The notes beneath the pieces are model-generated. The model was not told where the DNA came from. It worked only from the letters and a program-made list of their open reading frames with translations, and did not search any database. From an uncultured Gammaproteobacteria bacterium (GTDB lineage: Bacteria > Patescibacteriota > Microgenomatia > Levybacterales > GWA1-39-11), in the NCBI GenBank assembly GCA_964627245.1, contig CAZVGS010000002.1, positions 26,923 to 90,922 on the forward strand: DNA of 64,000 bases. Reading direction: 5' to 3'. Made by a program: the position numbers and the translations under genes. This document shows positions 37,797 to 47,613 of the stretch, one piece after another. Positions within the stretch are counted from its first letter, which is position 1; each line of letters opens with the position of its first letter.

Positions 37797-38774
37797 ATGC
37801 ACGCTTTAGTGGTTGGATCTTCTCTTTTTGACGCTATTATCTCGCTTGAAAATAATCCCCACTTAAAAATAGAGAATAATACCGCAAGCTTTTCTCTTGG
37901 AGATAAAATTCCGGTCGATATCAAATCTTTTTCAATAGGCGGCAACGGCGCTAATGTCGTGTCTGCCCTCAAAAGGCTTGAGATACCAAGTGCATTTTAT
38001 ACATACATTGGACAGGATGCCTTGTCCCAATTCATAGCGAAAAAACTAGCTGATGAGGGCATAACCGTTTATCAAGAAGCCGTAGACTCGAAAGACGGTC
38101 CTTTGTCGTTAATATTTGATTTTGAACAAGACAGAACTATTTTTTCCCATCACCCTGAATTTGATCACGTTTTTGATGAAACAAAAGTATCTCAACAACC
38201 CGACATGATCTTCTTAACTTCTATAGGCAAACGGTGGGAAGGTGCTTACGAACAACTGCTTGGATATGCATCAACTAACTCGATTCCAGTTGCTTTTTCA
38301 CCAGGTTCTGCTCAGATGAAAGATATAAATGAAACATTTATAAAAGCGGTCCACCAGTCAAAGATGCTTTTTTGCAACATGGAAGAGGCAAGAATTATCG
38401 GAGAAAAGCTTTCAGGAGAAGAGATTGAAGATGTAAAAGACTTTTTATTAAACCTCAAGACTTATGGATTTGACCTTCTCTCAATAACAGACGGCGCAAA
38501 CGGCTCGTATGCAGTCGACAAAGAAGACAAGGTTTATAAAATTGGCACCCTTACACCAGACGGTCATGAAAAAACAGGTGCAGGAGACGCATATGCAGGA
38601 GCTTTTTTTGCATCCATAATGCAAGGCTATGATGTATATGAGTGCATGAAAAGAGGAGTATTAAATTCCGTTGGGGTAATGTCTCGCGTTGGAGCCCATA
38701 CCGGACAACTAACGCTTGAGGAGATGGAGAGAAAATCAGCCGAAACAGAGCTTCGCGCAGAAATTATTGAATGA
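37797..38774 (+). CDS. PfkB family carbohydrate kinase
   Basis: C-terminal TGAGDAYAGAF motif and ribokinase-like fold signatures. Confidence 0.7.
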   Translation: MHALVVGSSLFDAIISLENNPHLKIENNTASFSLGDKIPVDIKSFSIGGNGANVVSALKRLEIPSAFYTYIGQDALSQFIAKKLADEGITVYQEAVDSKDGPLSLIFDFEQDRTIFSHHPEFDHVFDETKVSQQPDMIFLTSIGKRWEGAYEQLLGYASTNSIPVAFSPGSAQMKDINETFIKAVHQSKMLFCNMEEARIIGEKLSGEEIEDVKDFLLNLKTYGFDLLSITDGANGSYAVDKEDKVYKIGTLTPDGHEKTGAGDAYAGAFFASIMQGYDVYECMKRGVLNSVGVMSRVGAHTGQLTLEEMERKSAETELRAEIIE

Positions 38775-39217
38775 AAATATTTATTGCAACAGATCACGCA
38801 GCTTACGAATTAAAAGAGTACATTAAAAAACGCCTGCAAGAAGGCGGGTATGAAGTTGAGGATTGCGGAGCACATGCATTTGACCCTAATGATGATTACC
38901 CTGATTTTATAAAAATTGCGGCTAAAAAAACCGTTGAGACTTCAGAATCAGTTGGCGTTGTCCTTGGAAAATCAGGTGCGGGTGAGGCAATTGTTGCAAA
39001 TAAAATTAAGGGAGTAAGAGCTGTTCTTGCTGTAAATGAGGAGAATGTAAGACTTTCACGTCAGCATAATAACGCGAATGTATTATCAATTGGCTCGATA
39101 CTCATGTCTAATGAAGAGGCGGTTTCATTAATAAGACTTTTTATAAATACTCCCTTTTCAAATGAAGAAAGGCACCAGAGAAGGATTGACAAGATCTCTC
39201 AAATAGAAAATGAATGA
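38771..39217 (+). CDS. rpiB: ribose-5-phosphate isomerase B
   Basis: MKIFIATDHAAYELK start and RpiB/LacAB family pattern, 148 aa. Confidence 0.8.
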   Translation: MKIFIATDHAAYELKEYIKKRLQEGGYEVEDCGAHAFDPNDDYPDFIKIAAKKTVETSESVGVVLGKSGAGEAIVANKIKGVRAVLAVNEENVRLSRQHNNANVLSIGSILMSNEEAVSLIRLFINTPFSNEERHQRRIDKISQIENE

Positions 39218-39845
39218 GATTATCCCCGGAATCAATGAAACAGAGTGGAGCGAAATCGAAAAAAAAATAGAGATTGTAATTCCTTTTGCAAAAACTATTC
39301 ATATAGATTTTATGGATGGAGTCTTTGTTGAAAGACAGACATTCTCAGACCCACAACCCTTCGTGAAATACACGGATAAAGCTCTTTTTGAACTTCATAT
39401 GATGGTAGAAAACCCCATCCAATACCTAAAACCTTTTGCCGAAGCAGGTTTTGAGCGGTTTTTAGGCCACGTTGAGAAAATGCCTGATCCGGTTGAATTT
39501 ATTGCGCAAGCCCAACTCCTAGGGTCTGCCGGGCTTGCAATTGATGGACCGACCGAACTTGAAAGAATAAAAGATTTGAACTTGAACAATCTAGACGCAT
39601 TACTTATCATGACGATACAAGCAGGAGAGTCGGGGAGACCATTTCAGCCGGAATTGTTGGAAAAACTAAAAAAAATTAAAGAAAATTATTCTTTTTTACC
39701 TATTGAAGTTGATGGAGGAATAAACAGAGAGACTATTTTGCTGGCTAAAGAAGCCGGGGCAAGTAGATTTGTAACAACCAGCCATCTGTTTGGTTGTCAA
39801 GATATTGAAGAAGAATTTGCTAGACTAACCTCATCAGTAATGTGA
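39210..39845 (+). CDS. rpe: ribulose-phosphate 3-epimerase
   Basis: HIDFMDG motif and typical Rpe length. Confidence 0.85.
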   Translation: MNEIIPGINETEWSEIEKKIEIVIPFAKTIHIDFMDGVFVERQTFSDPQPFVKYTDKALFELHMMVENPIQYLKPFAEAGFERFLGHVEKMPDPVEFIAQAQLLGSAGLAIDGPTELERIKDLNLNNLDALLIMTIQAGESGRPFQPELLEKLKKIKENYSFLPIEVDGGINRETILLAKEAGASRFVTTSHLFGCQDIEEEFARLTSSVM

Positions 39846-39890
39846 TGGGGCCGGGGGAACAAGTCCCCCGGCGCCGGTTGCGAGAACCTC

Positions 39891-40817
39891 CTACTTGAAA
39901 GGTACAGAGTCCAGGTGTGGTCCGGATCCATCGACATAAACAAAGTTTATGTCGAGGTTGATGAGGGACGTGTCCGGAACATTTGGCGCACCCTGAGAAC
40001 ACCCTAGCTGGCACGGAGCAGATGCCCTTGCCACAAAACTGTACGTCCAGGTGTCGCCTTCCAAGACCATCTCGTCCTCAAACTCCCCAGGCATCAGAGT
40101 CTTATCCATCAGGATTTGGATACCAACAGACGTTGACTGGCTTGGGGGCTTATACCAAACCTTTACAAGAACCCCGGGACAAATTGTCCTGTGGTTAACC
40201 AGTGCGACAAAGTTGTTGGGCGGGCTTTCATACCCGTATGATCCTTGCGCATCAGGTGTACAGGAAACCTGGGTCGGAGTGGGTGATACCGGTGTGTTGG
40301 TAGCCGTTGGACTTGGGGTTACGGGCGTATTCGTCGCCGTAAGCCCGGGTGTGGCCGTTTTTGTCGGTGTTGGCGATGGTGAAACGGTACCCGTCGGAGT
40401 GCTTGTTGCAGTCTGCAACGGCGTTACCGATGGTGTGGCCGTTTTTGTCGGTGTTGGCGATGGTGAAACGGTACCCGTCGGAGTGCTTGTTGCAGTCTGC
40501 AACGGCATTACCGATGGTGTGGCCGTTTTTGTCGGTGTTGGCGATGGTGTAGGTGTTCCTGCCAGTGGGCAGTAATACGTAATTCCACCAACAGACTTTG
40601 TTATCCCAACGCTCTGTTGGGGTTGGGGCTGAGACATAGTCCCACCCCCATTTGTCACGTCAATTGCAATACTTTTATAAGGCAAAGCAATGCAACCAAC
40701 TGTCGAGTCGGCAGTAGCTTCAACACTGCCGTCATCTGTCATGATGCTGGCCGTTACAACCATCATCACAACAAAAACCAATGCCGCAGGTGCGGCAACC
40801 CTCAGCAAAGACCTCAC
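39891..40817 (-). CDS. secreted protein with PT-rich tandem repeats (GC-rich gene)
   Basis: Signal-peptide-like N-terminus. 28-aa repeats ([28 protein letters not shown]) followed by a Cys-containing C-terminal domain. Local GC is far above the window background. Confidence 0.6.
   Translation of the reverse strand: MRSLLRVAAPAALVFVVMMVVTASIMTDDGSVEATADSTVGCIALPYKSIAIDVTNGGGTMSQPQPQQSVGITKSVGGITYYCPLAGTPTPSPTPTKTATPSVMPLQTATSTPTGTVSPSPTPTKTATPSVTPLQTATSTPTGTVSPSPTPTKTATPGLTATNTPVTPSPTATNTPVSPTPTQVSCTPDAQGSYGYESPPNNFVALVNHRTICPGVLVKVWYKPPSQSTSVGIQILMDKTLMPGEFEDEMVLEGDTWTYSFVARASAPCQLGCSQGAPNVPDTSLINLDINFVYVDGSGPHLDSVPFK
40351..40548. repeat. 84-bp tandem direct repeat x2.4, near-perfect
   Basis: Copies start at 40351, 40435 and 40519 and differ by one nt. 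In-frame coding repeat of the PT-rich protein. Confidence 0.85.
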
Positions 40818-40941
40818 CTCAAACTCCTGTTAGTGTTATAGGTGCTCTCGCAATTTCAAGGAGCGTTCCCACCCCTGGAAAGCTTTTATCCATTGCGGGA
40901 ACACAACTTACTGAGGGTATTATATATGTTTTGCTTGGAAT

Positions 40942-41838
40942 TTACTTGATGCCGCGGTTTTTGTAGATAATTTCAGCTATTTTTGAAATTGTATCCTTTG
41001 CAGACTTTTCATCAACTACATTACTCGACAAAACTACTAGCGTAAATGGAGCAGTTCCTCCGGTGATTATTCCGCCATCGTGAATAAAATTTACTTCATC
41101 CCCTGTTTTGTGATAAATATGAAGCTTTTCAGGCAATAAAACGGGAATCCTATCTTCAAATTCCGTATCTTCCATATGATCCAGTAACTCAAGAGTTAAT
41201 GGCTTTGAGGTGATTTTATTTTGATAAAGCATCTGAAAGAATTTACCAATATCTCTTGCCGTTGTTTCGTTGTCAACCATGCTCGTAGAACCCATTCCTA
41301 TTTGGTAGACATATGCCTGTATATTCTCCTCACCGAGTCTAACCGTCAAAACATGTGCTGCCGTATTGTCGGATTCTTTCAACGAAAGCCTTGCTAAAGA
41401 CTGAAGCGTATACTGTCCGCCGGGCTCTTCATATCTCAAGCTCCCCGTCCCATAATCCTGAATATCTGAGGCTTGAATAATGACAGACTCCTGAAGGTCG
41501 ATTTCATCAATCGATGCTAAATAATATAAATATGCAACAATTGGAAGCTTGTTTATCGAGGCCGCAGTGACAACCGCATTAGAATTAATACTAAAATTCT
41601 CCTCAGTACTCAAATCTTCATAGTAAATACTAAAGTCACCTTTTCTGTCTTTCAAAAAATTTATTATCTCGTCTCTTATTTCTTGAGGCTCTTTTATTTC
41701 CTGCTTACCGCTTATTTTGATTGTTGGTATAAAAAGCAGATTTCTACCTAATATAAGCAGAAAGAAAGAATAAAAAAGAAGAATGAAAAATTTACGCATA
41801 TTACTCAATTGTTCTTGGCCTATACTGCAACGCTTCAA
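40942..41838 (-). CDS. class A beta-lactamase-like serine hydrolase
   Basis: N-terminal TM/signal, then SxxK-like, SDN (KESDNTA) and KTG (HKTGDE) motifs. Confidence 0.5.
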   Translation of the reverse strand: MKRCSIGQEQLSNMRKFFILLFYSFFLLILGRNLLFIPTIKISGKQEIKEPQEIRDEIINFLKDRKGDFSIYYEDLSTEENFSINSNAVVTAASINKLPIVAYLYYLASIDEIDLQESVIIQASDIQDYGTGSLRYEEPGGQYTLQSLARLSLKESDNTAAHVLTVRLGEENIQAYVYQIGMGSTSMVDNETTARDIGKFFQMLYQNKITSKPLTLELLDHMEDTEFEDRIPVLLPEKLHIYHKTGDEVNFIHDGGIITGGTAPFTLVVLSSNVVDEKSAKDTISKIAEIIYKNRGIK

Positions 41839-43330
41839 GTATATGACTTTCCTTTACACGTGTGCTTGCATTAAGATCCGCTATTGTTCTTGCAACTTTC
41901 AGTACTTTGTTAAATGACCTTGCGGATAAAGAGAGTGTTTTCATTGCCCCTTTCATTATATCCCGTGCTTTTTCATCAATTAACAGTAATTCTTTCAGAT
42001 CTCTTGTCGACATCTCACTATTCATTATGATTTTCTTGCCTAAAAATCTTTTCTTCTGCAAAGATAGCGCCTTAACGACTCTTTTTCTGATTTCTGACGA
42101 ATTTTCAGATTCTTCATTGTCATCAACCAGTTTTTCCACTTTTACCGCAGGGACATCTATATGAATGTCTATTCTATCAAGCAATGGGCCCGATAGCTTT
42201 TTTTGGTATTTCAAAACTTGCCCCGCCGAGCATGTACACACTTTTGTAGTATCTCCAAAGTATCCACATGGGCATGGATTTGCAGCCGCAACCAACATAA
42301 AACGGGAGGGGAAGTTGACCCTTTCGCGTGCCCTTGAAATACTTACTATCCCGTCTTCAAGGGGTTGGCGCAAAGCCTCAAGAACGTATCTTGAAAATTC
42401 AGGAAGCTCATCTAAAAATAAAACTCCTCTGTGTGCGAGTGATATTTCTCCCGGTTTTGGATTGGCGCTCCCGCCTACAAGACCAACGTGTGAGGTTGTG
42501 TGGTGGGGATTTCTAAATGGACGCCTTCTTAAAATTGATTTTCCCTGTAAAAGTCCCGAGATACTATATATTTTTGTAACCTCCAATGCTTCTTCAAAAG
42601 AGAGTGGAGGCAGAATAGATGGAATCGTTTTTGCAATCAATGTTTTTCCAGCCCCCGGTGGTCCTTTCAAGAGAATGTTGTGTCCTCCCGCAACGGCCAC
42701 CTCAATGGCTCTTTTAACAAAGGCTTGTCCCTTAACGTCCCTCATATCAAAATCGTATCCCTCTGCTTCTTCTTCTGCTTTCTCAAGCTCAAATTCAACC
42801 GGCTTTACCATATCAATTTTTTTCGTTCCGCTTAGATGATTGAATATTTCCTTGAGACTTTCCGGGGCGTAAATATCTACCCCATGAACAATTTCGGCTT
42901 CTTTTTGGTTGGCTTTTGGTATAAAAATGCTTTCAATTCCTCTGTCTCTTGCTTCAAGAACCATGGGCAAAACCCCTTTTGAAAGTCTGATTCTGCCATT
43001 TAAGGACAGCTCTCCAATAAATAATGCCTTATCACTATCAAATGACAACTGGCCTGATGATAATAATATTGAAATTGCTATTGGGAGATCGAATGTAGGA
43101 CCTTCTTTCGGAAGATCTCCCGGAGCAAGATTGACTGTTATTTTTTTTGCAGGAAATTCCACTCCGCTGTTTTTAATTGCTGAACGAACTCTTTCTTTTG
43201 ATTCTTCAACCGCCTTATCAGGAAGACCGACTATGGTAAAAGAGGGAAGACCATTAAGTATATCTGTCTCAACTTCTATCAAAACTCCATCAAGACCAAC
43301 CACGGTTGATGAGAGAACTTTTGACACCAT
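41801..43330 (-). CDS. comM: YifB/ComM family Mg-chelatase-like ATPase
   Basis: N-terminal Lon-like ChlI N domain, AAA+ Walker A GPPGAGKT, C-terminal Mg_chelatase_C region. Confidence 0.85.
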   Translation of the reverse strand: MVSKVLSSTVVGLDGVLIEVETDILNGLPSFTIVGLPDKAVEESKERVRSAIKNSGVEFPAKKITVNLAPGDLPKEGPTFDLPIAISILLSSGQLSFDSDKALFIGELSLNGRIRLSKGVLPMVLEARDRGIESIFIPKANQKEAEIVHGVDIYAPESLKEIFNHLSGTKKIDMVKPVEFELEKAEEEAEGYDFDMRDVKGQAFVKRAIEVAVAGGHNILLKGPPGAGKTLIAKTIPSILPPLSFEEALEVTKIYSISGLLQGKSILRRRPFRNPHHTTSHVGLVGGSANPKPGEISLAHRGVLFLDELPEFSRYVLEALRQPLEDGIVSISRARERVNFPSRFMLVAAANPCPCGYFGDTTKVCTCSAGQVLKYQKKLSGPLLDRIDIHIDVPAVKVEKLVDDNEESENSSEIRKRVVKALSLQKKRFLGKKIIMNSEMSTRDLKELLLIDEKARDIMKGAMKTLSLSARSFNKVLKVARTIADLNASTRVKESHILEALQYRPRTIE

Positions 43331-43475
43331 AAAAATAGTATATGGTATATAGTATTTGGTATCTAGTAAGCAGTGTCTTGCAAGCTTGAATTAAAAACTA
43401 TATGTTTCACGTTGTATAATACATCAAACGTGTTATCCATCAATACATATCACAGGATCCTGACTTCAAATTATT

Positions 43476-45230
43476 ATGGATGATGTTGATTTGATAAAAC
43501 AAAAAGTAGATGTTGCTGATCTAATCGGAAGCTACATTCCCATAAAAAAGGCCGGTAGAAATTTCAAGGCAAATTGTCCTTTCCATAATGAAAAATCCCC
43601 TTCATTTGTCATTTCTCCTGAAAGACAAATATGGCATTGCTTTGGATGTGCAAAGGGTGGAGATATTTTTACTTTTGTTGAGGAATATGAGAGGGTCGGT
43701 TTTACGGAAAGCCTAAAAATTCTAGCCGATAGGGCGAATGTAAAACTTAAAAATAATGTTTTCAGGACAAAGCAGGATGAAAAAAAGAACAGAATTTATG
43801 AGATCAATCATCTTTCTTCGCAATTTTATCATTATCTTCTAACAGAGCATAGATCGGGAAAAAAAGCGTTGGATTATGTTATGGGAAGAGGGCTTACAAA
43901 AGCCATTATTTCCACGTACGTTCTTGGTTATGCCCCTGCGGGAAACTCCCTAGTCAACTACCTTATTAAGAAAAAGGGCTATATGAGGGATGAACTGCTT
44001 GAGGCGGGAGTAGCAACTCTTAGAGGAGGAGGGATGATTGATTTTTTTCAAAACAGACTGATTTTCCCTATTCAGGATTCTAGAGGAAATTTTATTGCAT
44101 TTTCAGGAAGGGCTCTTGCCGATGAGACCATGCCTAAATACATTAACACCAAAGAAACTCCTGTTTATATCAAGGGGGACACCGTCTTTGGCCTTTTCCA
44201 GGCAAAAGAGTCCATCAAAAAAGAAGGCAGAGTCCTTGTTATGGAAGGGGAGTTTGACGCTATAACCTCCTTCAAAGAAGGCATTACCAATGCCATCGCA
44301 GTCAAAGGAACGGCCTTAACAGAAAATCAGATTCATCTCTTAAAGAGATTTGCTAAAAAATTAGTTTTCAGTTTTGATACTGACCCCGCAGGAACCGAAG
44401 CACAAAGGCGGTCAATTGCTCTTATTTCAAAAGAGGGTATTGATGCAGGCGTTGTTATTCCGCCTCAAGGGAAAGATCCCGATGAATTATTGAGAGAGAA
44501 TCCGCTTCTTTTTAAGAAAGCTTTAAAAAATGAAGTCAATATTTACGATTTCATATTAGAAAGTTCCGTCCAAAATGAAAATCCTGAAACTGTTGATGGT
44601 AAAAAACATATACTCTCCCGTACTTTAACTTTCTTGAACGATATTGAAAACGAAATAGTCAAAGAGCATTATTTCAAAAAACTTGCAAAACTACTGGATA
44701 CTTCATACGAATCGGTAGTCAGAGAAGCGGAAAAAATAAAATTGCCCGAGAAAAAAATTGAATCCAAAACCGCTGCAAAGCTCACAAAAAACAGACAAGA
44801 ATTATTGGAAGATCATCTTCTAACACTTATATTGCAGTCGTCAAAGCCGAAAAATGCGATGGCAGCAGCCGTTAGCGTCCTTGATACAGTCGATCTTGTA
44901 ACCCCAAATGCCAAAAGCATCTTTGATACATTAAGGGAATACTTCATGACCTCAGATGATTTATCGGTCACCGAAGTCAACAAGCTTTTGCATGAAAGCG
45001 TTATACCGACTTTTGATATGTATTTTTTAAATCCAATTCATCAGTTTGAAACCGGTGAGCTACACCTTCTAGAAGTAGAAAAAACTGCCCGCGCAGTCAA
45101 GCAGTCAGCCGTTAAAGAAAAGCTCAGAGAGCTTTCAGACAAAATAAAAAAGGCGGAGCAGAAAGAAGATGAAAATGAGCTTGAAAAGTTAAGAAAAGAG
45201 TTTAATTCACTAGCCCTTCATTTTAAGTAG
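43476..45230 (+). CDS. dnaG: DNA primase
   Basis: Zinc finger CPFHNEKSPSF..WHCFGC and a Toprim domain (EGEFDA). Confidence 0.85.
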   Translation: MDDVDLIKQKVDVADLIGSYIPIKKAGRNFKANCPFHNEKSPSFVISPERQIWHCFGCAKGGDIFTFVEEYERVGFTESLKILADRANVKLKNNVFRTKQDEKKNRIYEINHLSSQFYHYLLTEHRSGKKALDYVMGRGLTKAIISTYVLGYAPAGNSLVNYLIKKKGYMRDELLEAGVATLRGGGMIDFFQNRLIFPIQDSRGNFIAFSGRALADETMPKYINTKETPVYIKGDTVFGLFQAKESIKKEGRVLVMEGEFDAITSFKEGITNAIAVKGTALTENQIHLLKRFAKKLVFSFDTDPAGTEAQRRSIALISKEGIDAGVVIPPQGKDPDELLRENPLLFKKALKNEVNIYDFILESSVQNENPETVDGKKHILSRTLTFLNDIENEIVKEHYFKKLAKLLDTSYESVVREAEKIKLPEKKIESKTAAKLTKNRQELLEDHLLTLILQSSKPKNAMAAAVSVLDTVDLVTPNAKSIFDTLREYFMTSDDLSVTEVNKLLHESVIPTFDMYFLNPIHQFETGELHLLEVEKTARAVKQSAVKEKLRELSDKIKKAEQKEDENELEKLRKEFNSLALHFK

Positions 45231-45308
45231 TCTTACTTGAAAAAAGCCCAAATTTAGGTTATAATATCCGTTAATCTTAAGACGCGGGGAAATCCTGCTG
45301 TTGAGTAC

Positions 45309-46403
45309 TTGACTATGCGTGTAGGTGCTGTAAAAAACGAACATATTGACGAACTCCTGGCAACTGCCAAGAAAAAGGGCTACATAACCCAAGAAGAAAT
45401 TCTCCAAAAATTCCCAAAACCAGAACATTTTCTAGTAGAACTTGATTATCTCTATGATCAGCTTATCAAAAAAGAGGTAGATATTTTTGAGACTGTCGAG
45501 CAGGAAAAAGAAAACCACAAATCAATTGAAGACTTGGAAAAAGAGCTTGAAGCGCTCAACCTTATTCAGGGAGGAACCGTCTCAGATCCTGTCAGGATGT
45601 ATTTGAAAGAAATAGGAAGAATTCCGCTTCTTACTTTTGATCAGGAGGTAGATCTTGCAAAAAGACTTGAGGCTGGAGACGAGTCGGCAAGGAAAAAATT
45701 GGTCGAATCTAACCTTCGGCTTGTGGTTAGTATCGCCAAAAAATACGTTGGACGCGGAATGACTCTTCTCGATCTTATTCAAGAAGGCAACCAAGGACTT
45801 ATCCGTGCCGTTGAGAAATACGATTGGAAAAAGGGCTTTAAGTTCTCAACGTATGCCACATGGTGGATAAGACAAGCAATAACAAGAGCAATCGCAGACC
45901 AAGCAAGAACAATTCGCATCCCAGTCCACATGGTTGAAAACATCAACCGTACCATGCGTGTTCAAAGAAGGCTCATGCAGGAAATTGGTAGACAGCCAAC
46001 CCCTGAGGAAATCGCAAAAGAACTGGAAACCGACCCTGAAAAGGTCAGAGAAATTCTTAAAATTTCTCAACAGCCGGCATCGCTTGATACTCCTGTTGGA
46101 GATGAGGAAGATTCATATCTAGGGGACTTTATCTATGACACTACGGCTCCAACTCTTTTTGACACCGCATCTCGAGGGCTTTTGAAAGAACAGCTAAACT
46201 CGGTGTTGGGAACCTTATCCGATAGAGAAAGAAGGGTGCTCGAAGAACGCTTCGGACTTAAAGACGGAAAGCCAAAGACACTTGAAGAAGTGGGACGCAT
46301 GTTTGCTGTTACTCGTGAGCGTATAAGACAAATTGAAGCAAAGGCGTTAAGAAAACTCCGCCACCCATCCAGAGGCAACAAGCTCCGGGATTATTTAGAA
46401 TAA
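45309..46403 (+). CDS. rpoD: RNA polymerase sigma factor RpoD
   Basis: Regions 1.2 to 4 present: [53 protein letters not shown]. Confidence 0.9.
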   Translation: MTMRVGAVKNEHIDELLATAKKKGYITQEEILQKFPKPEHFLVELDYLYDQLIKKEVDIFETVEQEKENHKSIEDLEKELEALNLIQGGTVSDPVRMYLKEIGRIPLLTFDQEVDLAKRLEAGDESARKKLVESNLRLVVSIAKKYVGRGMTLLDLIQEGNQGLIRAVEKYDWKKGFKFSTYATWWIRQAITRAIADQARTIRIPVHMVENINRTMRVQRRLMQEIGRQPTPEEIAKELETDPEKVREILKISQQPASLDTPVGDEEDSYLGDFIYDTTAPTLFDTASRGLLKEQLNSVLGTLSDRERRVLEERFGLKDGKPKTLEEVGRMFAVTRERIRQIEAKALRKLRHPSRGNKLRDYLE

Positions 46404-46408
46404 TCTTA

Positions 46409-47053
46409 TTGAATATTATGAGTGCTGAAATGCGTCGTTTTTCTCATGATCCGATTGTTGATAAGGCTCTCCTTGAAGAGGTGCCTTCTTCTCATGTCTA
46501 TCCCGTTGATATTATGAATTGGGCTTTTATGAGATATCTTGAAACTGGTAATGAAAACTATGCTCACTGGACATATTTAGGATCTCGTTCTGTATATTTC
46601 TTTGAAAAAGACGGTGAATACAGATTACCCAGAGACAAGGAAGAGGATCATATCAAAAACTGCGCCAAAAGAATCTTGGAAATTGAACCTAAAAGTTTTG
46701 GACACGCAATAAAACTTATTCAAGAAGGGGCGATGCTTGTTAATCCGCTCAGCCTTAATAAACCTAATGGAGAAGACGGGCAAACTCTTGAAGGAACAAT
46801 AGGAATTGTTACTGAAGAAGTAGAAGGGGGAATAATTCGAGAAAATGACCGGGAAGAAGCATTAAGGCTGCTTGCAAGATTGGGCGAAAGAAAACGAAAT
46901 GTTTTGGAAAAAAGATTTGGCATTGGGTATGAAAGGTCTTACACCCTTGATGAAATTGGACAAGAAATTGGAGTAACAAGAGAGCGTATAAGGCAAATCG
47001 AAGCCGAGGCACTAAAAGATTTACGCAATTTTCTCACAACAGAAAAATCTTAG
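46409..47053 (+). CDS. sigma-70 region 4-only protein with an unknown N-terminal domain
   Basis: C-terminal [47 protein letters not shown] is near-identical in pattern to rpoD region 4. No region 2 or 3 is present. Confidence 0.6.
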   Translation: MNIMSAEMRRFSHDPIVDKALLEEVPSSHVYPVDIMNWAFMRYLETGNENYAHWTYLGSRSVYFFEKDGEYRLPRDKEEDHIKNCAKRILEIEPKSFGHAIKLIQEGAMLVNPLSLNKPNGEDGQTLEGTIGIVTEEVEGGIIRENDREEALRLLARLGERKRNVLEKRFGIGYERSYTLDEIGQEIGVTRERIRQIEAEALKDLRNFLTTEKS

Positions 47054-47159
47054 TAACAACCAGCATTTCAACTAAGTTAAAGTTAAGAAGTCCAACAAGT
47101 CCCCAGTTAAGACCTCCAGCCCAGACTAAAATAATTGCAACTTTGTGTAACATTTTCAT
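47034..47159 (-). CDS. DUF378-like small membrane protein
   Basis: 41-aa ORF MKMLHKVAIILVWAGGLNWGLVGLLNF.. with a strong SD (GGAGGTG) 8 nt upstream. GGLNWGLVG is the DUF378 hallmark. Confidence 0.45.
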   Translation of the reverse strand: MKMLHKVAIILVWAGGLNWGLVGLLNFNLVEMLVVTKIFLL

Positions 47160-47325
47160 ATAAATTCACCTCCCTTCATCTCTTCTTAGTAAGACACGGG
47201 CAATATTTATTTACAAGATGTACAAATGATGCAAAAAGGGACTAAGCAGAACAGAGGCTTTGCAAGCTCAAAATAATTTTGTATAATTGGATACTTTCAA
47301 TATCTATTGAAAGTTTGAAAATTGA

Positions 47326-47613
47326 TCCGCGATAGCTCAATGGTAGAGCAGGAAGCTGTAAAAAATGCAGCCCTTGAGGGAAACTTCAAGGTGAATAATC
47401 GGGCTAATTCGGGGAAACCCTAAGCATGTCGAGGGGTAATCCCGAGCTAAATTCCTAAGCCAAACTAAGGACTTGTCCTGAGCGAAGCAGAAGGATAAAT
47501 GTGTAGAGACTATATACCCGACACCTCAAATGGTGATGAGATAGTCCAAGCCTTCTAGAAATAGAGGGGTTCTTGTAACTTCAAGGTTCTAGGTTCGAAT
47601 CCTAGTCGCGGAG
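47326..47613 (+). tRNA. tRNA-Asn (GUU) interrupted by a group I intron. Exons 47326-47359 and 47576-47613.
   Basis: Exons join to a 72-nt cloverleaf: U1-A72 and G73 (Asn identity), D-arm GCUCAAUGGUAGAGC, anticodon loop CUGUUAA, T-arm CUAGG-UUCGAAU-CCUAG. Confidence 0.7.
47360..47575 (+). ncRNA. group I self-splicing intron within the tRNA-Asn anticodon loop (between positions 35 and 36)
   Basis: P1 helix: exon GCUGU (U-1 wobble) pairs with IGS GCAGC across loop AAAAAAU. R- and S-like core elements GAGACUAUAUAC / GAGAUAGUCC form P7 (GACUA/UAGUC). P9 hairpin CCUUCUA-GAAA-UAGAGGG. Terminal G at 47575. Confidence 0.65.

Noticed and set aside
40351-40548. CRISPR-like regular repeats
   Set aside because: The repeats are contiguous with no unique spacers (pure tandem duplication) and in-frame within a coding sequence, so this is not a CRISPR array. 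No other CRISPR-like repeat-spacer structure was seen in the window.
40051-40575. 174-aa + strand ORF ([12 protein letters not shown]...) and ORF 40349..40552
   Set aside because: These are antisense readings of the 84-bp repeat region. They have no start context, whereas the minus-strand ORF has a signal peptide and coherent domain structure.
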